Notes under the pieces: model-generated
What the model saw: only the letters and a program-made list of their open reading frames with translations
Told to the model about the DNA's origin: nothing
Databases searched by the model: none
DNA from: Candidatus Bathyarchaeia archaeon
Lineage (GTDB): Archaea > Thermoproteota > Bathyarchaeia > Bathyarchaeales > Bathycorpusculaceae
Length of the DNA: 64,000 nt
Direction of reading: 5' to 3'
Assembly (NCBI GenBank): GCA_049969855.1
Contig: JBMFOB010000004.1
Coordinates: forward strand, 11,743-75,742
Program-made: the position numbers and the translations under genes
Shown: piece by piece, positions 41,577 through 50,575 of the stretch
Layout of the letters: every line of letters starts with the position of its first letter
How positions within the stretch are numbered: position 1 is the first letter of the stretch

Positions 41577-42164
41577 TCACTCTTCCTCTTCTTCCAATTC
41601 CGCTCTACAATCTTCGCAGATGTATTCTCCATTAACCTCTTTCAAGTCGTCTGACCATCCTCCGCAGTGGTCGCAGTATCCAGCAAGAGGCGTGGATTCT
41701 TCTTCGCTTTCTTGGGCTCTATTTTCGCCTTCTATTAGCGCTTTTTCTTGTATTGTTTCCACAAGTTCAGGCATGACTGCTAAAATGTCTTTGCTTGAGA
41801 TTAACCCGATAAGCTGTCCCTTGTATATGACTCCTAATCTTCTTATGTTTAATCTGCTCATTCTTCTCGCTGCTTCGTTAATTGTTTCGTGGGGTTCTAT
41901 TGTAAGCAGGGGTGAGGTCATAACTTCTTTTGTTTGGAGGGAGTCTGGTTTAACATTTTTAGCTAAGACTCTTACAACCAAGTCTCTTTCCGTTATTATT
42001 CCTAACGGTTTTCCCTCTTTGTTTGTTACTATTATGCAGCCTAAACCATGCTTATCCATCAATTCTGCAGCTTTGTTCACTGGTGCATCTTCTTCTATGG
42101 TTACAACTGGGCTACTCATAACGTCTCTTACCAGCATCTTAGACCTTAATCCAATGTCAGCCAT
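41577..42164 (-). CDS. CBS domain protein with C-terminal Zn ribbon
   Basis: VRDVMSSPV, GIITERD, CDHC..CEDC. Confidence 0.88.
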   Translation of the reverse strand: MADIGLRSKMLVRDVMSSPVVTIEEDAPVNKAAELMDKHGLGCIIVTNKEGKPLGIITERDLVVRVLAKNVKPDSLQTKEVMTSPLLTIEPHETINEAARRMSRLNIRRLGVIYKGQLIGLISSKDILAVMPELVETIQEKALIEGENRAQESEEESTPLAGYCDHCGGWSDDLKEVNGEYICEDCRAELEEEEE

Positions 42165-42314
42165 TCTCATCAGCCATGGGAGGATTTTGCCTTTTAAGTT
42201 ATGCTTCACTCAAGTCAAAATAAGCATCATGCTTTTAAAACTTGCCGTGTAGCGTGAAAAACTAATTAGGATGTTTTGATAAAAGGTTCAGTCTAACATG
42301 TGGAGGGATATTAA

Positions 42315-43205
42315 ACGTTAAAAACAAATGTTGAAAAATTGGTGAAAATTTCAGTTGTGGGCGAAGTAGCCAGCCCAGTTTATGGAAGAGACATATACAG
42401 AGTTTCTGCCCATGGAATTCCAATGGTTTTGCCAGGAGTCGGCGGAATCACATACAACGTGCGAGTTGGCGACCCAGCATGCGGATGGGAAGCAGACCAT
42501 GTTGAACCAGGAGTAAGCCTAGAAAATAAAGAGAATGATCCGCGTTATGGACAAGGCGCAAACACGGCTTTTAATGTGCTTTCTTGTGTTGGAAACGAGG
42601 CGGTGGTGGTTGGAGGCGAAGCCAAAGGTGCAAAGGGGGTTGTAACTGGAAAACATGGCGGAATAGAACATGTGCTTGCGGATTTTCAGCCTGAAACCCT
42701 TGAAAAGCTCATGTTAGGCGACAAGGTTCTCATTAAGGCTTTCGGCGTCGGCTTGAAACTGTTAGATTTTCCAGAAGTGAAGGTTATGAATATGGATCCA
42801 CGCTTTCTTGAAGCCTTAAACCCGAAGCCGAACGGCGACAAAATTGAGGTTCCAGTAACGCATACTATTCCAGCGGCTATAATGGGTTCTGGTTTGGGGG
42901 CAAACCAAACCTATTCTGGAGATTATGACATCCAACTTTTCGATGAAGCAACCATAAAAGAATGGAAGCTCGACAGTTTAAGACTTGGCGATTTGGTGGC
43001 TATCCTTGACGCTGACCACTCTTATGGGAGAATATACAAGAAAGGCGCCATATCCATTGGCATAGTTGTTCACACAAACTGTGTAACCTCTGGTCATGGT
43101 CCTGGAGTTACAACCCTCTTCACGTCATCAACTGGGAAGATTGTTCCAAGGATTGACGCAAAAGCCAACATTGCCTCAATCTTAAAGTTGAGGACAGATA
43201 TATAA
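42315..43205 (+). CDS. DUF4438 family protein
   Basis: PGVGGITYN..VGD, DHVEPGVS, CVGN.A, GKHGG.EH, DYDI, SGHGPG; start ACG 42315 (proposed) or TTG 42339. Confidence 0.8.
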   Translation, partial: TLKTNVEKLVKISVVGEVASPVYGRDIYRVSAHGIPMVLPGVGGITYNVRVGDPACGWEADHVEPGVSLENKENDPRYGQGANTAFNVLSCVGNEAVVVGGEAKGAKGVVTGKHGGIEHVLADFQPETLEKLMLGDKVLIKAFGVGLKLLDFPEVKVMNMDPRFLEALNPKPNGDKIEVPVTHTIPAAIMGSGLGANQTYSGDYDIQLFDEATIKEWKLDSLRLGDLVAILDADHSYGRIYKKGAISIGIVVHTNCVTSGHGPGVTTLFTSSTGKIVPRIDAKANIASILKLRTDI

Positions 43206-43245
43206 GGTGGCATTTATTTATTGATGTGTAAGAGGAGTAGGAAAA

Positions 43246-43539
43246 TTGCCCTATAAGAGAAAGAGTCGTGGCAGGTCAAAGGGTGGAAAAGGTAGCAGCG
43301 GCGTTGTTCAGTGTGCCATGTGTGGACAACTGGTTCCTAGGGATAAAGCCAAAAAAGTTACCAGTAGGCGCTCGATTGTTGATCCTCAGTTAGCTAAAGA
43401 GCTTCGTCAGAAGGGGACCTATCTGTCTTCTTGGGTTGACACTAAATATTATTGTATTTCATGTGCTGTGCATCGTGGCATCGTGAAAGTTAGGGCTCGG
43501 GATGAAAGGCGTAGTCGTTTACGCCCCAGAAGGTTTTAA
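43246..43539 (+). CDS. rps26e: 30S ribosomal protein S26e
   Basis: PYKRKSRGR.KG, VQC..CG..VPRDKAKK, YCISCAVH...V.VR. Confidence 0.95.
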   Translation: MPYKRKSRGRSKGGKGSSGVVQCAMCGQLVPRDKAKKVTSRRSIVDPQLAKELRQKGTYLSSWVDTKYYCISCAVHRGIVKVRARDERRSRLRPRRF

Positions 43540-44133
43540 TTTTTTATAAACATGTAAGCATCTTTGCAGAACTGTTAAGTTTGAAAGTATCGCAAGCAAA
43601 ATTATACCAACGTTCATTACTTTTTTTGTTTCTGCTTCCCAAAGAAATGCTATGATGCTTGTTATGGCGAGTATGATTATGCGTTCTGCCCTTTCAGCCA
43701 ACCCTATCGACTCCATTTGGATTCCGGCTGCTTCTGCTCTTGCGCGGCTATAACTTACTAGTAATGAGCCGATTAGGGCTATTAAACCCCATAAAGCATC
43801 GCATAGTCCGCCTAAAATTATGCCAGCATAAACTATTGCGTCGGCATACCTATCCAATAAAGAGTCTAAGAAACCGCCAAAAGGCGTTGCTTCTTTGTAT
43901 GTTCTTGCTATTACGCCGTCTAAAGCGTCGCAAAAACCTGAAAGCAAGAGGAGAATTGTGGCAATTTGAAGGTAAAAATTGTTTGTTTGCCATAGCGCAT
44001 ATGTTAAAGCGGAGAAGAAGGCTAATGTTATGCCGATGAGGCTTATATTGTTTGGCGTTAAACCCATTTTGTGGGCTACTTTTGCTTCGGCAACAAGCCA
44101 TTCTTGAACTTTCTTCTTCAGTTTTGTCAGCAT
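43519..44133 (-). CDS. CDP-alcohol phosphatidyltransferase (archaetidylinositol phosphate synthase-like)
   Basis: TPN, D.LDG..AR...G.FLDS.LDR..D. Confidence 0.9.
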   Translation of the reverse strand: MLTKLKKKVQEWLVAEAKVAHKMGLTPNNISLIGITLAFFSALTYALWQTNNFYLQIATILLLLSGFCDALDGVIARTYKEATPFGGFLDSLLDRYADAIVYAGIILGGLCDALWGLIALIGSLLVSYSRARAEAAGIQMESIGLAERAERIIILAITSIIAFLWEAETKKVMNVGIILLAILSNLTVLQRCLHVYKKLKPSGA

Positions 44134-44224
44134 TTCGGCGTCACCATCTTTTATTAAAGAAGCGATTCTTATTTATGTGAGTGTATAAAGATAAATTTGC
44201 TTAGTGAAATGGTGGTGTTGTGGA

Positions 44225-44518
44225 ATGATTAATGTAGCCTCTTTAAAAGTCGGTGAGAAAACATGTTTAGGTGTTAGAATTGAGCTTCCAGAATCGCCGC
44301 CACTTTTACTTGTAATGGCGGATAAGGGTTTTGTCATGTGCGTTTTCTTAAATGTGGATGCTGCTGAAAAACTCGGCGTGGCAGCAGCCATGGTTAGCGG
44401 CGTTAAAAGCTTTGACGACGTTTTAAATGCAAACGTTAAAGCAGTCACGAGTAAGGCTGAAACTTTTGGCGTTAAGGTTGGAATGAAAGGCGCTGAAGCG
44501 TTAACGCTTATGTTTTGA
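44225..44518 (+). CDS. YunC/DUF1805 family protein
   Basis: PPLLL...KGFVMC..LN..AAEKLG.AAA.VSGVK..DD.L. Confidence 0.8.
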   Translation: MINVASLKVGEKTCLGVRIELPESPPLLLVMADKGFVMCVFLNVDAAEKLGVAAAMVSGVKSFDDVLNANVKAVTSKAETFGVKVGMKGAEALTLMF

Positions 44519-44533
44519 AAAGCCCAAAATTGA

Positions 44534-44577
44534 TAGCCTCCCCTAGGATTTTCTAGCCCCCTCCCCTCTAGGTTTTC
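44534..44577 (+). repeat. Short pyrimidine-rich imperfect tandem repeat, copy 2 (TAGCCTCCCCTAGGATTTTC / TAGCCCCCTCCCCTCTAGGTTTTC)
   Basis: Two adjacent similar units; resembles 28294-28324 on the minus strand. Confidence 0.4.
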
Positions 44578-44644
44578 AGAATTTTGACGATATGTGAGGT
44601 TGTAGTTATCGCAAAATATATGTAGAGAGTTGAATGAGCCTTAA

Positions 44645-44818
44645 CTGGAAAGGTGTTCTCAGCCGGGAACGAATCCTCGCGGAGTGGAAATAAGTAAAGA
44701 TGCGCTGGTAAGGCTGCTTCATGACAAGGATTCTAAGAAAATTGAGATATTTTGGCAACGTTCAGTAATGGAATATAAACCGTATCAGAGATGGGTGGAT
44801 TACTGGAAAGAGAGTTAA
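44645..44818 (+). pseudogene. 3' remnant of a type II restriction endonuclease (ThaI-family-like)
   Basis: Frame from 44660 reads QPGTNPRGVEISKDALVRLLHDKDSKKIEIFWQRSVMEYKPYQRWVDYWKES*. In-frame stop at 44642 and no start. Converges on an MTase. Family assignment is from recollection. Confidence 0.5.
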
Positions 44819-45450
44819 CTTAAAAATTCGGCTAATTTGATTTGAGACTGCTTCTTTAAGAAATCTTTGATTCTTTTTTCGGCTAGTTTCACATACTCTG
44901 GTTCTATGTCATAACCAACGTAATACCTGCTTGTTTGAAGAGCTGCTATTGCCGTTGTTCCGCTGCCCATAAAAGGGTCTAATATGACTTCTCCCTCAAA
45001 AGTGTAAAGTTTTATGAGCCTAAGAGGTAATTCAACTGGAAATGGGGCTGGATGACCAACTCTAGTGGCTGATTCAGCAGGGAAAGTCCATACACTTTTT
45101 GTCCACTCTAAAAACTCTTCTTGAGTAATGGTGCTGTTTCTCCCCTTTGGGTTTTGTCTGCTGAATGTATCCTTTGAAAAAATCAATATGTATTCATGGA
45201 CATCTCTTAGCGTAGGGTTACTTGGTGAACACCAACTTCCCCAAGCGGTAGAAGCCGCGGCGCTCGAACCTTTATCCCAGATTATTTCGCCTCTCATAAG
45301 AAATCCAATGTCTAACATGCTTTGAACAACAAAGACATCCAGAGGGATGTATGGTTTTCTGCCTAAATTAGCCACATTAATGCAAGCTCTGCCTCCGGGG
45401 ACTAGAACCCTGTATGTTTCTTTGAACACTTTTGTTAGTAAACTTCTATG
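44815..45450 (-). pseudogene. 5'-truncated beta-class N4-C/N6-A DNA methyltransferase
   Basis: VLVPGG, HPAPFP, LDPFMGSGTT present; the N-terminal catalytic (S/D)PPY motif is absent and the frame is closed upstream. Confidence 0.8.
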
Positions 45451-45459
45451 GCTGGGTTA

Positions 45460-45681
45460 CTATTGAGCGTGGTGGATTGTGGCAGTGGGGGTGCTGCCAA
45501 CAAATTCAGATATGCTTTTTGTGGGAATTTGAATGAATCTCCGAAGGGCTTCCATCTTTTTAAGAACTTTACTTACCATCATTTCTCCCTCTAAATATCT
45601 ATTTACCATATCTATGAATCTTTCTATTTGAGCATAACCACCAACACTGCGGCGCTTAAGCGTCTCAATACGCTTATCCAA
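45460..45681 (-). CDS. Hypothetical protein or gene fragment
   Basis: 73-aa ORF abutting the MTase truncation point; no family recognised. Confidence 0.3.
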   Translation of the reverse strand: MDKRIETLKRRSVGGYAQIERFIDMVNRYLEGEMMVSKVLKKMEALRRFIQIPTKSISEFVGSTPTATIHHAQ

Positions 45682-45786
45682 ACTCTACGCTTAATCGCGC
45701 CATGTTAAATCCGTGCGTCAACCAAATTTAAATTTACATTCACCAAAAATAAGACATAAGATACAAAAAGGGAGAACAGCAAACAA

Positions 45787-46389
45787 ATGCAAAAACAAGA
45801 CCAGTTAGAAGTGATAGCGGCTGAAATTTTAAACTGCAAAAAATGTGGCTTGCACAAAACCCGAAAGAACGCTGTTCCAGGCGAAGGCAATCCGGAAAGC
45901 CATGTGATGTTTGTTGGTGAGGCTCCTGGTTATTGGGAAGACGTTAAGGGTAAGCCATTTGTTGGTGCTGCTGGAAAATTTCTTGGCACGTTACTAGCCA
46001 GCATAGGCTTTTCGAGAGAAGATGTTTTTATAGGCAATGTTTTAAAGTGTAGACCGCCTGAAAACCGTGAACCCGCACCAAATGAAATTCAAACATGCAC
46101 ACCCTACTTGGATAGGCAGATTAAGGTTATTCAGCCAAAATTTATTGTCACTCTTGGAAATTATTCCACAGCTTACATTTTTTCAAAGGCTAATTTGGAT
46201 TTTAGCAGCATTACACAAGTGCATGGAAAAATCTATGAAACAGTAGTTTTAGGCATGCCTATGATGGTTTTTCCAACATTTCATCCGGCTGCAGCCCTCT
46301 ACAGCGCTAGATATAAGGAAGAGTTAACTGAGGATTTTCAAAGGTTGGGGCGGGAGCTGACAAAAAGAGGATTAATCAAATTTTCATGA
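45787..46389 (+). CDS. udg: Uracil-DNA glycosylase family 4 (Fe-S)
   Basis: C..C, VGEAPG..ED..G.PFVG.AG, KCRPPENR, HPAA. Confidence 0.93.
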   Translation: MQKQDQLEVIAAEILNCKKCGLHKTRKNAVPGEGNPESHVMFVGEAPGYWEDVKGKPFVGAAGKFLGTLLASIGFSREDVFIGNVLKCRPPENREPAPNEIQTCTPYLDRQIKVIQPKFIVTLGNYSTAYIFSKANLDFSSITQVHGKIYETVVLGMPMMVFPTFHPAAALYSARYKEELTEDFQRLGRELTKRGLIKFS

Positions 46390-47287
46390 CGGATTTTATT
46401 TCATTAAGGAGCTCTTCTGCATTCTTGAAAGTTTTGGAAGGCAAGGCAGTCAAAAAAGTGTTAAGTCTCTCTTGTTTTCCCTCTTCAGCCTCCACAAGTC
46501 TCCATCCAACCTTCTTAATTAACATGCTTTTTGAAATGGGATAGCGTGTTCTTCCCAAAATCTCCTTTAGTGATTGTAAGCCGATGGTGCTGGTGATTTT
46601 TGGGAATTTTCCTTCAGCTAGATATCTCTTAAAGCGTGTTGCATCGTCAAACATTGAAAGGTTATTAAACAGTACGTAAACCTCTTTTCCGTGCTTTTCG
46701 TAGGGTGTTATGGATTCTTTAAGCCTTTTCAATTCTGCATCGCTGTATTGGTAATAATACATTTGTTCGCCTAAACCGTGAAGCCTAAAATAGGCTATTT
46801 CAGCGGCATAGGCGGGCATAACCCTAAATGGGTCAGTAACATGTGCAACATTGGCTTCTTCCAAAACTTTCCTAAGCCTCTCGTAAGTTTCTGGAGTCTC
46901 CCATGCTGGTCCACGAGTCTCCCAAACCAAAACCAAACCTTCACGGTTGATTTCTTTGAAAAATTTTTCAGCATCTTCAAGCTTGTCGGGTCTGAAAGAG
47001 CTTGGCGTCTGGATAAGCAGTATTTTGGAATCTAAAACTTTGCATATTTGCTTCATTTTTTCGAAAGCTTGAAGGCTTGCGTCGCTGATTTTCATTTTTT
47101 CTTTGTGGCTTATGTCTTGGTGCGCTTTCACTGTGAACTCGAATGTTTCTGGTGCCTTCTTCCGCCAGCCTTCTACGGTTTCCATGCGTGGGTATTGGTA
47201 AAAGGTGCTGTTCAACTCTACAAGGCTAAAATTCTCAAAGTATTTCTTCATTGATGTTGGGAAACCGCAACATCCAACCTTAATCAT
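46376..47287 (-). CDS. DUF72 family protein with C-terminal extension
   Basis: VGCCGF, VELNSTFY, FTVKA, Q.P.SF, WETR, YFRLHG, LFNN. Confidence 0.9.
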   Translation of the reverse strand: MIKVGCCGFPTSMKKYFENFSLVELNSTFYQYPRMETVEGWRKKAPETFEFTVKAHQDISHKEKMKISDASLQAFEKMKQICKVLDSKILLIQTPSSFRPDKLEDAEKFFKEINREGLVLVWETRGPAWETPETYERLRKVLEEANVAHVTDPFRVMPAYAAEIAYFRLHGLGEQMYYYQYSDAELKRLKESITPYEKHGKEVYVLFNNLSMFDDATRFKRYLAEGKFPKITSTIGLQSLKEILGRTRYPISKSMLIKKVGWRLVEAEEGKQERLNTFLTALPSKTFKNAEELLNEIKSVMKI

Positions 47288-47302
47288 TATGGTTCGCGCC
47301 TG

Positions 47303-48070
47303 TTATGCGCTTATTTTTGGTGGTGGGCGGACTGGTTTTCCAAGTTTTCTGCGAAGCGCAATGCGATAGAGCTTCCTCAAAGATTTTATTAACTGCTCAA
47401 CCGTTGGCAAACTAGAATAAATAAGCGGAATACGGTCATACTCCGCCAGCCTTATTGAATGTTCATCCGGCTTAACGCCTTGGAAAACCACAACCCGAGG
47501 CTTCAAATTGTTCAAGCGGACAATCATCATAGGCGAATTCTCATTCCCTATATTTGTAAAAATTAATGCGCGTTCTGTTGTAGCGCCAAAAAGTTGCGAA
47601 TACTCCAAGCCAGAAAGGGTTTCAATCGCCCTTTTCTCATCAACAACGGTGTAACCGTAAACTTCCTTAACGAATGTGCTTGTGCATGCGACTATTTCGC
47701 CTTTTATGGCTTTGCATAAGTATTCTATGCGAACTGGTATTGGAAACTCTCTGAGGTCAAGTATGGCTACACTGGGCGAACTTGTTAATTTTGCAAATTC
47801 GCGGATGAAACGGCTTCCGCGTTCTTCATCGATTTTTAATAATGCCCAAACGAACCTTCTAACAAACTTTGTGCCTGGGCTTTCGCGTCGTCCGCTTTCG
47901 TAATCGCTAATAACAGAAGACGCTATCACCATTTTATCTGAAAGACTTGTTTGTGAAACAGCGAAAAGCTCACGCCATTTCCGCATTGTGGCGCCAGGCT
48001 TGTTGGATAGGATTATTTCTCCTGCTATTCTTCTTGCTAGAACTTCGCGAACGCTTGGGGATACTGACAT
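47303..48070 (-). CDS. Archaeal XRE-type HTH transcriptional regulator
   Basis: RIAGEI.LS..PG..MRKWRE.F, SVISDYESGRR.SPG, ERALIFT. Confidence 0.85.
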   Translation of the reverse strand: MSVSPSVREVLARRIAGEIILSNKPGATMRKWRELFAVSQTSLSDKMVIASSVISDYESGRRESPGTKFVRRFVWALLKIDEERGSRFIREFAKLTSSPSVAILDLREFPIPVRIEYLCKAIKGEIVACTSTFVKEVYGYTVVDEKRAIETLSGLEYSQLFGATTERALIFTNIGNENSPMMIVRLNNLKPRVVVFQGVKPDEHSIRLAEYDRIPLIYSSLPTVEQLIKSLRKLYRIALRRKLGKPVRPPPKISA

Positions 48071-48147
48071 GCCATGCGACCTTCCAGTCTGCCAAGTTTT
48101 CCTTTAAAACATTGCGAAGTATAAAACTGTACCGTTTTTCTTTTCAT

Positions 48148-49062
48148 TCAAAAGAGGAATATTAGAAAAATTCCTGCGACAACCATTATGGCTCCAACAG
48201 CATTTTTTGGTGTGATACGTTCGTGAAGGAGAAGAACTGCTAACAATGTGGAAAAGAGGGGTGTTGTTGAAGATATTGGAACGGCTCGTGCTTCTGGAAT
48301 GTGTATGAAACTGAATGCAAGGAGAAACCATCCCAAACCCAACGCCACAATTCCCCCTGAAACTAGAAGAGCCCACGTTTTTCTCTCTATCTTCAAAAAA
48401 CTGAAGTCTCTGTCAATGAGGGGCGAAAAGGCCAGCAGGGCAATCGCCACGGCAGCGGTTCTTATGGTGTTTATGGCTAAAGCATGTTCCAAATCGCTTG
48501 TTTCTGGAAGGGTCACAGCGACGTCAATCATGGCTATGCTAACTGACCAAAATATGGCTGCTGCCAGAGCGGAAACAACTCCCTTAACCAAAATTTTCTT
48601 CTGTTTCCTCATCCCATTTGCATTTTTCTCTTCGCTTAGAAGCCATACTCCCAGAACTATTATGATAGCTCCAAAAACGACTGGTAAAGTGACGGGTTCT
48701 CCGAGGAATGTTGCCCATAAAAGTCCGAAGAGGGGATAAATGCATGTTATTGGGACGGCGCGTCCTACGCCTATAAGTTTTAGGCTAACCATGTATAATG
48801 TGTCGCCGAAGCCCAGCCCTATTATGCCGCTGGCGCAAGAGAGTGAAACAGCATAATTTGGCAAGCTTGTTAAGATGGCAGTTCTGCCGCTTAAGGCTAA
48901 AAAGATAAACAGAATTGTGCATGTGCTTGTTAATCGCATTATGTTTGCTGAAATAGGCTTAGTTTTCAACAATGCCTCTTTATACAGCATAGCCGATATT
49001 GTCCAGCTGAAGGCTGCGCCTAAAGCCGCAAGTTCTCCAATCATTTTTTCACGCTTTTTCAC
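48148..49062 (-). CDS. DMT/EamA family transporter
   Basis: About 10 TM segments in two EamA repeats (LGEP, LLHERIT). Confidence 0.88.
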   Translation of the reverse strand: MKKREKMIGELAALGAAFSWTISAMLYKEALLKTKPISANIMRLTSTCTILFIFLALSGRTAILTSLPNYAVSLSCASGIIGLGFGDTLYMVSLKLIGVGRAVPITCIYPLFGLLWATFLGEPVTLPVVFGAIIIVLGVWLLSEEKNANGMRKQKKILVKGVVSALAAAIFWSVSIAMIDVAVTLPETSDLEHALAINTIRTAAVAIALLAFSPLIDRDFSFLKIERKTWALLVSGGIVALGLGWFLLAFSFIHIPEARAVPISSTTPLFSTLLAVLLLHERITPKNAVGAIMVVAGIFLIFLF

Positions 49063-49135
49063 TTGAGCTTATAGAGGAGATGATTTTGCTCTAAGCTGTT
49101 AAATACCTAACGCTGTATAAAATCCGAACAGTGCG

Positions 49136-49831
49136 TTGAAAATGCAAATCCTCGTTAGTTGGGCTTCAGAAGTTTCTTCAAGGTTTCCAGAACTTGCCAT
49201 CTGCATTGGCGTAATCTGCAATGTCAGAGTGGAGAAAGAAAATGAACGGATTAATAGTCTTAAAAAGTCTGTTTATGAGGAAGTTAGAGCCAAATACAGC
49301 ATTGAAACCTTGAAAGATGATCTAACAGTGCGAGCCTACAGAGACTTTTATTGGAGGCTTGGCATAGACCCAACGAAAACTAGACCTTCAGGTGAAGCCT
49401 TGCTGAGACGGGTTTTGCATGGTGATGAACTTCCGCGAATATCAACGGTTGTGGACGCTTACAACTTGGCTTCTATGAAAACAATAATCCCAATAAGCGG
49501 ATTCGACAAAGACCGCTTAAACCCGCCCTTCGAGGTTCGATTTGCAAGAAACGGCGAAACCTTCACGGGAATTGGCATGAGTAAACCCATCGCCTTAACG
49601 GATAAAATGCTTGTTTTAGCAGACCAAAAACAAGTTTTATGCATTTACCCTTACAGAGACTCAGACTGCACAAAGATTACTGAAAACACACGGAATGTGT
49701 TGGTTGTTGGGTATGGTGCTCCAGAAATATCCCAAGAACAGCTTAAAGAGGCTGTGGAAACAACTCTTTCATACATCAAATTGGTTTCAGGCGGCGAAAC
49801 TGGAATTTTAAAGGTTTTTAGCCGTACTTAG
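49136..49831 (+). CDS. B3/B4 domain protein (PheRS beta-like editing domain)
   Basis: AYR.FYW.LGIDPTK.RPS.EAL.RR, VVDAYN..S, YRDS. Confidence 0.88.
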   Translation: MKMQILVSWASEVSSRFPELAICIGVICNVRVEKENERINSLKKSVYEEVRAKYSIETLKDDLTVRAYRDFYWRLGIDPTKTRPSGEALLRRVLHGDELPRISTVVDAYNLASMKTIIPISGFDKDRLNPPFEVRFARNGETFTGIGMSKPIALTDKMLVLADQKQVLCIYPYRDSDCTKITENTRNVLVVGYGAPEISQEQLKEAVETTLSYIKLVSGGETGILKVFSRT

Positions 49832-49846
49832 TGTTCAGATTTGTTA

Positions 49847-50175
49847 CTAGGTTTCGGTTAAGGGGTCTTTGAAGGTTATCTTAAAGTCTTTCCATAAGAT
49901 TTCCGTATGAGTTAGGAGTTCTTGGTCATGTGTGTATATTGCTGGAATTTTGTTTGTTATGAAGTCAGAAGCATCTTCAGTCTCCTCTCAGCTTCACTTG
50001 AAACCCATTTTTGTCCAAAAACAAGCGTGTGATAGGTTTCGTGAAGCACCGTTGGGTTTATAGCAACCCTGTTTTCTGAGGATAAGTTGATGAGAAGATT
50101 TTTAAGCTTCTCATGTTCGGAGAAGGCGGAATCCAAAGCATAGCATAAAATGTTAGTATCTAAACCAATGATCAC
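49847..50175 (-). pseudogene. VapC/PIN toxin with internal deletion and frameshift
   Basis: LDTNIL...LHE.YH N-half stops at 49957; C-terminal FITNKIPAIYTHDQELL...FKDPL* lies in another frame (49963-49847); middle region missing. Confidence 0.75.
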
Positions 50176-50176
50176 G

Positions 50177-50419
50177 TTAAGCCTTGCTCCAAACAGCTTT
50201 CATCTTTGAAGGTGGCCAATTCTCAGGTTTGCCTTTTCTTGGAGGTTCAGATGTTATGACCTTTCGGAATTCTTCCATGAAATTTCGTGGTTTACCTGGC
50301 GCTATTAGGAAGCCTTCATTAGTTCTTTTAAGCGTGACGATGTCGCCTATCTGTTCCCTTATATCTGGAGGAAGGTAAAGCCTGCCCTTTGAATCCATTT
50401 TAAGTTGAACTTCATTCAT
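50177..50419 (-). CDS. AbrB/MazE/SpoVT family antitoxin
   Basis: MDSKGRLYLPPDIRE motif, directly upstream of the PIN gene. Confidence 0.85.
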   Translation of the reverse strand: MNEVQLKMDSKGRLYLPPDIREQIGDIVTLKRTNEGFLIAPGKPRNFMEEFRKVITSEPPRKGKPENWPPSKMKAVWSKA

Positions 50420-50421
50420 AA

Positions 50422-50442
50422 TCCCACCATGATAAAGTGGGA
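50422..50442. promoter_or_regulatory. Inverted repeat TCCCAC-N9-GTGGGA, probable toxin-antitoxin operator
   Basis: Perfect 6-bp arms immediately upstream of the antitoxin start. Confidence 0.5.
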
Positions 50443-50575
50443 AAACATAACATTTAAGCATATCGTTTAACCATGAAGAGGAGCCCGAACATTCCATGTA
50501 TCTTTTGTAAATGCAAATTTTAAAGCAAGGAAAAGGTTTTTAGCTGCACATCCAAATAATGGATGGCGTTAAAAT

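Noticed and set aside
39858-42164. Three tandem CBS genes as a novel system
   Set aside because: Tandem CBS-domain genes are a common arrangement in archaea, and nothing here indicates a distinct system.
4057-48739. Many long antisense/overlapping ORFs (e.g. 4540-5106, 26425-27003, 36126-36740, 39781-40518, 41620-42252, 48248-48739)
   Set aside because: They are shadows of well-supported genes on the opposite strand, with Ser/Phe/Ile-rich translations and no motifs.
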